Origin: a bacterium | GTDB taxonomy: Bacteria; UBP7; UBA6624 | Length of the DNA: 64,000 bases | Reading direction: 5' to 3' | Assembly (NCBI GenBank): GCA_002716355.1 | Contig: PBAU01000003.1 | Coordinates: 8,597-72,596, forward strand | Part shown: in pieces, positions 59,469-64,000 of the stretch | Position numbering within the stretch: the stretch's first letter is position 1 | Layout: each line of letters begins with the position of its first letter | The notes under the pieces: model-generated | Seen by the model: only the letters and a program-made list of their open reading frames with translations | The model's database searches: none | Told to the model about the DNA's origin: nothing | Translations under genes and position numbers: made by a program

Positions 59469-60545
59469 TTAGTTTAAATCCAAAACAAATATATCCCAAT
59501 TCCAGTGTTGCTTATGACTGGTTGCGATAACTGCAATTTTTTTTCTGTTTGGGCTAATTTGAATGTTTTTTAACTTGTCCATTTTTGCTACGGTTTTAAA
59601 ATTTTGATTTTCTATATTCCATTTTGTAAGGTGTATTTGATTTGTTTGTATATTGATTGACGAATTAATCCAGTTTTGTTCATCTAATGCCCATTGATAA
59701 ACTTGCATAAAGTGGCCTTCTTCAGGTTCAAAACATATTGTTTCAAGATTGCTAGATGCTTTGATGGTGCAGAATTTTTGATTTGTTTGATTGCTTTTTT
59801 TTGGATTCATCCTCCATCCAATATTCATTCCACCATATATTCCAATGGTATAAGTTTCTGTCCATGGAACTAATGTTCTTGTTTTCTTGTCATTTTCAAT
59901 TATTTTTAGCTGACTTTCATTATTTTTTGTTTCTAGCACAATTAGATTTGAATGTTTGTCACTAGTGAAGTCTAAAATTTTTGCACCCTCTTCTGTTGAG
60001 TATATATTTTCTGCACCCTCTTCTGTTGTTTTTTTAATTACGTTGTTTTTTAGATGGTAGACAGAATCCTTTGATGAGATTGCTGGTTGTGATTTGTTAT
60101 CGAGCAAATAGGTTTCCTCATTGAGCCAGCCCCTGATCCAAAGTTTTTTGTCTCCCACCCATGCAACTTCTTTGGATGTGATTTTGTTTTGAGATTCTGC
60201 AATAATTTTTTCTTGTCCTATTTCTCCATACCATATAAGGCTTGAGCCTGGCATTTTTTCATCCATCCAAAGTATCTTGTTGCCGTTTGTTGAAAGTATT
60301 TTTCCAATTGATTTCTTAGAAAAAGAAATACCATTTTTGCTTATGTCGACATGTTTAACCATTTTTTCAAACGGAGGAAAGGCGTTTTCTTCAAGGAATA
60401 TAAAACTTTCATCATCAAGCCAGTTTAAATCTTCAATTTCTAAACCTTGCCCCCATGGTCCAGTTAGCTTATATTCACTTTCTATCTTGTCTGATTGAAA
60501 AGTACTTGCACACATTAAAAACAGAATGTAAATTTCTTTTTTCAT
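59469..60545 (-). CDS. hypothetical secreted protein (beta-rich, W-rich; possible beta-propeller)
   Basis: Signal peptide. It contains an in-frame 30-nt tandem duplication (TEEGAENIYS / TEEGAKILDF). Confidence 0.4.
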   Translation of the reverse strand: MKKEIYILFLMCASTFQSDKIESEYKLTGPWGQGLEIEDLNWLDDESFIFLEENAFPPFEKMVKHVDISKNGISFSKKSIGKILSTNGNKILWMDEKMPGSSLIWYGEIGQEKIIAESQNKITSKEVAWVGDKKLWIRGWLNEETYLLDNKSQPAISSKDSVYHLKNNVIKKTTEEGAENIYSTEEGAKILDFTSDKHSNLIVLETKNNESQLKIIENDKKTRTLVPWTETYTIGIYGGMNIGWRMNPKKSNQTNQKFCTIKASSNLETICFEPEEGHFMQVYQWALDEQNWINSSINIQTNQIHLTKWNIENQNFKTVAKMDKLKNIQISPNRKKIAVIATSHKQHWNWDIFVLDLN

Positions 60546-60572
60546 ATGATAGATATGATACTATTATCAGCC

Positions 60573-63500
60573 ATGTCTTTCTCTCATTTGCATTTGCACA
60601 CAGAATATTCAGTTCTTGATGGCGTATGCTCTCCAAAAGAAATTTTAACCTATGCAAAAGAGTGTGGCCAGAAATCAATAGCAATTACTGATCATGGTGT
60701 TATGTACGGGGTTCCATCTTTTGTAAGAGAGGCTCGTGATTTAGGCTTAAAGCCTTTGGTTGGATGTGAAGCTTATATTTACGATGATTTTGAATTTCAT
60801 GACAGAGGTAGAGATACCATGAAATCAAATCATATAACACTATTGGCAATGAATAAAAAAGGTTATTCGAATCTTTCAAAACTTATAACAAAAGCTCACC
60901 TTGAAGGCTTTTATAGAAACCCTAGAATAAATCTCAGCTGGCTTGCAGAAAGGAATGAGGGGATAATAGTCCTTTCTGGGTGCATTCAAGGTATCTTATC
61001 AAGGGCTATTATCGATGGCAATTTAACACATGCTGAAAATCGTGTTGATTGGTTTAAAGAAATTTTTGGAGATAGGTTTTTTCTTGAAATTATGAATCAT
61101 GGGATCGAAGAAGAAGATGTCATATCCAAACAGCTTATTGAATATGGCAAAAAGAAAAAAATTAAAGTTGTAGCAACAAATGATGTCCACTTTTTAAAAA
61201 AGGGTGATCATGTTGTTCAGGATCTTCTTTTGGCAATAAGGAGCAATCAATTGATTGATGATCCAACAAGATTTAAGGCAAAATGGTCCAATTTGCACCT
61301 TGCAACAGAGGCTGAAATGTTAAAGCTTTTTGAAGGCAATGAAGAATGTGTGGAAAATACAGCCCTTGTGTCAGATATGATTGATGATTTTTCAGATATT
61401 TTCTCGAATGCAAAACCGATATTTCCTGTTGTTCAGGTTCCAAAATCCCATAATAATTCAAATGATTATCTGAGGTATCTTGCCGAAGAAGGCTTGAAAG
61501 AGAGGTACAAGGGAAATATCGAAGAAGCAAGATTGCGACTCGAGAAAGAGATGGATGTAATAGAGGAACTGGGTTATCCTGATTATTTTTTAGCTGTAAG
61601 GGATTATGTCAAATATGCTAAAGATAATGATATTCCAGTTGGACCTGGGAGAGGATCTGGGGCTGGGTGTCTTGTTGCTTACTGTTTAGACATAACGACT
61701 ATAGACCCGCTTAAATATGGTTTGATTTTTGAAAGGTTTTTAAACAAGGGAAGGAAATCTTTGCCTGATATAGATATGGACTTTTGCACAATGGGAAGAG
61801 ATGATGTTATTAAGTATATTAGAGAGAAGAATGGAGCAAAAAAAGTATCTCAAATTATCACTTTCAACAGGCTGAAGGGAAAACTTGCTTTTAGGGATAT
61901 AGCAAGATTATCAGGAATTCCAGAGCCACGTTTCAGCTTGGTCGCAAAAGCTTTATCCGATGGGGAAAGCCTTCAGGAGGCTTCAGAAAACAATATCATT
62001 AAAGATATTGTTAACAGGGATCCTGATTGCGAAGATGCTTTACAGAAGGCAACATTGATAGAAAACACGATAAGAAACAAAGGTGTCCATGCAGCAGGAT
62101 TAGTGATTTCAAATGAAAATCTTTCTGGATTAGTTCCTTTGGCAAAAGGTAAAAATGGGGAGGTCGTGAGTCAGTATGAAATGGGAGATCTTGAAAGCAT
62201 GGGTTTGGTCAAGATGGACATTTTAGGCATAAGAAATTTAACATTTTTAAATGAAGCGCAGAAAAAAATTCAGGCAAATGGTCATGAGTGCAACATATAT
62301 GACCTCAATGATAAAGAGCACGATAAAAAAACTTACCGATTACTTGCAAAGGGTCATACAGACGGTGTTTTTCAATTTGAATCTTCAACAGCTGTCAGCC
62401 TTTTGAAGAAAATTAAACCTAAATCAATAGAAGATTTAGCTGTGATAAATGCTTTAAATAGGCCTGGTCCTCTTAACTCTGGGTTAGCTGACAGTTATGT
62501 TAAGAGAAAACTTGGAAAAGAAAAACCAACGCCTCCCCACCCCGCTCTAAAAGAGGTTTTGAAGGAAACTTTAGGTGTTATGGTTTATCAGGAGCAGGTT
62601 ATGAGGATAGCTCAAGAGCTTTCAGGTTATTCCTTAATTGAAGCGGATGATCTTAGAAAAGCTATGGGTAAAAAAATTGAATCGCTAATGAAGACTCAAA
62701 AGAAAAGATTTATTGATGGTGCAAAAAAGGTTGGAAAGATTAGCAAGCCAGAAGCTTCAAAGATATTCGCTCAAATAGAAGAGTTTGCACAGTATGGTTT
62801 TCCAAAATCACATTCTGTTGCGTATTCAGTTATAGGTTTTCAATGTGCTTTTTTAAAAGCTCATTTCCCATCTTTTTTTCATGCAGCCTGGCTTTCAAGC
62901 TATGCAGGTAACGCTGACAAGGTTGGAGATTGCGTGTCAAGATTAATCAGTTGGGGAAAAGATGTTTTACCACCTGATATAAATACCAGCGAGGATCTTT
63001 TTAGTGTGAACAAAGAAAATCAAATAGTTTACGGACTTGCAAGCATTAGAAATGTTGGAGAGGCAGCTGCCAGTGACATAGTTTCAGAAAGAAAAAAAGG
63101 TGGAGATTTTTTGGATTTGCAAGATTTTGTTACTCGTTGCCAGAAAATAGTCAATACTAGAGCTTGTGAGACTCTTGCGGCCGCAGGGGCTTTTGATCTT
63201 TTTGGTCTTGACAGAAGGCACTTGCAGGTAGTTATAAAAAATATCTATAAAGAGGTTGAAAGGTTATCAAGGTATAAAGGGCAAGGTTCTCTTTTTGGTG
63301 AAAAAACATTAGTTAGCATTCCTGCTATTGCAGATGTTGACATGTCAGAGGTTCCATCTGTTTCTAAGCTTGAATTTAATGCATTAGAGTCATTTGTTAC
63401 AACCTCGCCAATTTCAGAAAAGCATGATGTTTTGTTAGGAATGGGGATTAAGAAGTTAAGCAATTTGAAAACTGGATCAAAGGTTGATGCGATTGGGTAT

Positions 63501-63971
63501 CTTTCTTCTTGCAAGATTAGGAAAACTTATGCTGGAAAAAGGTTTGCTGAGGGCGTGATTCAGGATAAAGGTTTTAGGTTCCCTGTCTTTTTTTACGAAA
63601 GATTTTTAGATCAAATTGACTCAAGCCATCTTGCAGATGGAACTGTAGTTATAAGGGGTCGCACCAGAAAAGGGAAGGACGGACAGGTAAATTTTTATGG
63701 AGAATATATTTGGCCTGAAGGGTCAGGTTACCATCCTCAAGAAAATTTAATAGACAATCAACCCTTGAGAGAAAGTGTGGTGCTGGACATGCATGGTTTG
63801 CTGAAAAAAGAAAACTTGAGTTCTTTGCAGGATGTGCTCAAAACTTTAAAGCCTGGAAATGTTGAAGTTTATATAGATTTTGGTGATAAAAAATTTAGAC
63901 TTAAAGATAAATATGATAGAAGTTGCAAAAAAATACTTTCAAATTGGAAAGAAAAGCTAGAAAAAAAATAG
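60573..63971 (+). CDS. dnaE: DNA polymerase III alpha subunit
   Basis: PHP domain MSFSHLHLHTEYSVLDG. Polymerase core and OB-fold regions. Start set at the MSFSHLH Met rather than the ORF-track Met. Confidence 0.9.
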   Translation: MSFSHLHLHTEYSVLDGVCSPKEILTYAKECGQKSIAITDHGVMYGVPSFVREARDLGLKPLVGCEAYIYDDFEFHDRGRDTMKSNHITLLAMNKKGYSNLSKLITKAHLEGFYRNPRINLSWLAERNEGIIVLSGCIQGILSRAIIDGNLTHAENRVDWFKEIFGDRFFLEIMNHGIEEEDVISKQLIEYGKKKKIKVVATNDVHFLKKGDHVVQDLLLAIRSNQLIDDPTRFKAKWSNLHLATEAEMLKLFEGNEECVENTALVSDMIDDFSDIFSNAKPIFPVVQVPKSHNNSNDYLRYLAEEGLKERYKGNIEEARLRLEKEMDVIEELGYPDYFLAVRDYVKYAKDNDIPVGPGRGSGAGCLVAYCLDITTIDPLKYGLIFERFLNKGRKSLPDIDMDFCTMGRDDVIKYIREKNGAKKVSQIITFNRLKGKLAFRDIARLSGIPEPRFSLVAKALSDGESLQEASENNIIKDIVNRDPDCEDALQKATLIENTIRNKGVHAAGLVISNENLSGLVPLAKGKNGEVVSQYEMGDLESMGLVKMDILGIRNLTFLNEAQKKIQANGHECNIYDLNDKEHDKKTYRLLAKGHTDGVFQFESSTAVSLLKKIKPKSIEDLAVINALNRPGPLNSGLADSYVKRKLGKEKPTPPHPALKEVLKETLGVMVYQEQVMRIAQELSGYSLIEADDLRKAMGKKIESLMKTQKKRFIDGAKKVGKISKPEASKIFAQIEEFAQYGFPKSHSVAYSVIGFQCAFLKAHFPSFFHAAWLSSYAGNADKVGDCVSRLISWGKDVLPPDINTSEDLFSVNKENQIVYGLASIRNVGEAAASDIVSERKKGGDFLDLQDFVTRCQKIVNTRACETLAAAGAFDLFGLDRRHLQVVIKNIYKEVERLSRYKGQGSLFGEKTLVSIPAIADVDMSEVPSVSKLEFNALESFVTTSPISEKHDVLLGMGIKKLSNLKTGSKVDAIGYLSSCKIRKTYAGKRFAEGVIQDKGFRFPVFFYERFLDQIDSSHLADGTVVIRGRTRKGKDGQVNFYGEYIWPEGSGYHPQENLIDNQPLRESVVLDMHGLLKKENLSSLQDVLKTLKPGNVEVYIDFGDKKFRLKDKYDRSCKKILSNWKEKLEKK

Positions 63972-64000
63972 AATCGTTCTTTATGACAAATCAAAAAAAC

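Noticed and set aside
1-64000. CRISPR arrays, IS elements/transposases, integrases, restriction-modification genes
   Set aside because: No regularly spaced direct repeats and no transposase/integrase/methyltransferase-like ORFs were recognised on either strand. The only mobile-DNA signal is the compositional island next to tmRNA.

Overview
AT-rich (about one-third GC by eye), very gene-dense bacterial chromosomal segment with many 4-14 nt start/stop overlaps, typical of a streamlined genome. Most of the window is core metabolism and information processing: dnaE, dnaG, rho, argS, proS, guaA/guaB/hpt, purM/folP, thiSGE, panBCD, ddl/murG/murJ, map, smpB, a GldAFG-like ABC module, a MacAB-like efflux module and a two-component system with an HD-GYP response regulator. 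Two things the ORF track does not show are a complete tmRNA (ssrA) gene directly downstream of smpB and a 42-aa membrane micro-ORF translationally coupled between an NHL-repeat gene and a LarA-like gene. The most unusual region starts immediately 3' of the tmRNA (about 22266-25830). It has visibly higher GC and different codon usage, and it carries three multi-TM proteins, a ribonuclease PH gene, two small TM proteins and, at its far edge, an overlapping HTH(Xis-like) + 164-aa (PIN-like?) pair. I interpret this as a tmRNA-associated acquired island with no recognizable integrase. Other points worth follow-up are an orphan Vsr-Smr-degenerate receiver trio with no adjacent dcm-type methyltransferase, an ABC-2 permease fused to a CPBP/CAAX-protease domain, an orphan LarA-like protein, and a repeated palindromic operator upstream of a wHTH regulator. 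No CRISPR arrays, tRNA genes or transposases were recognised.
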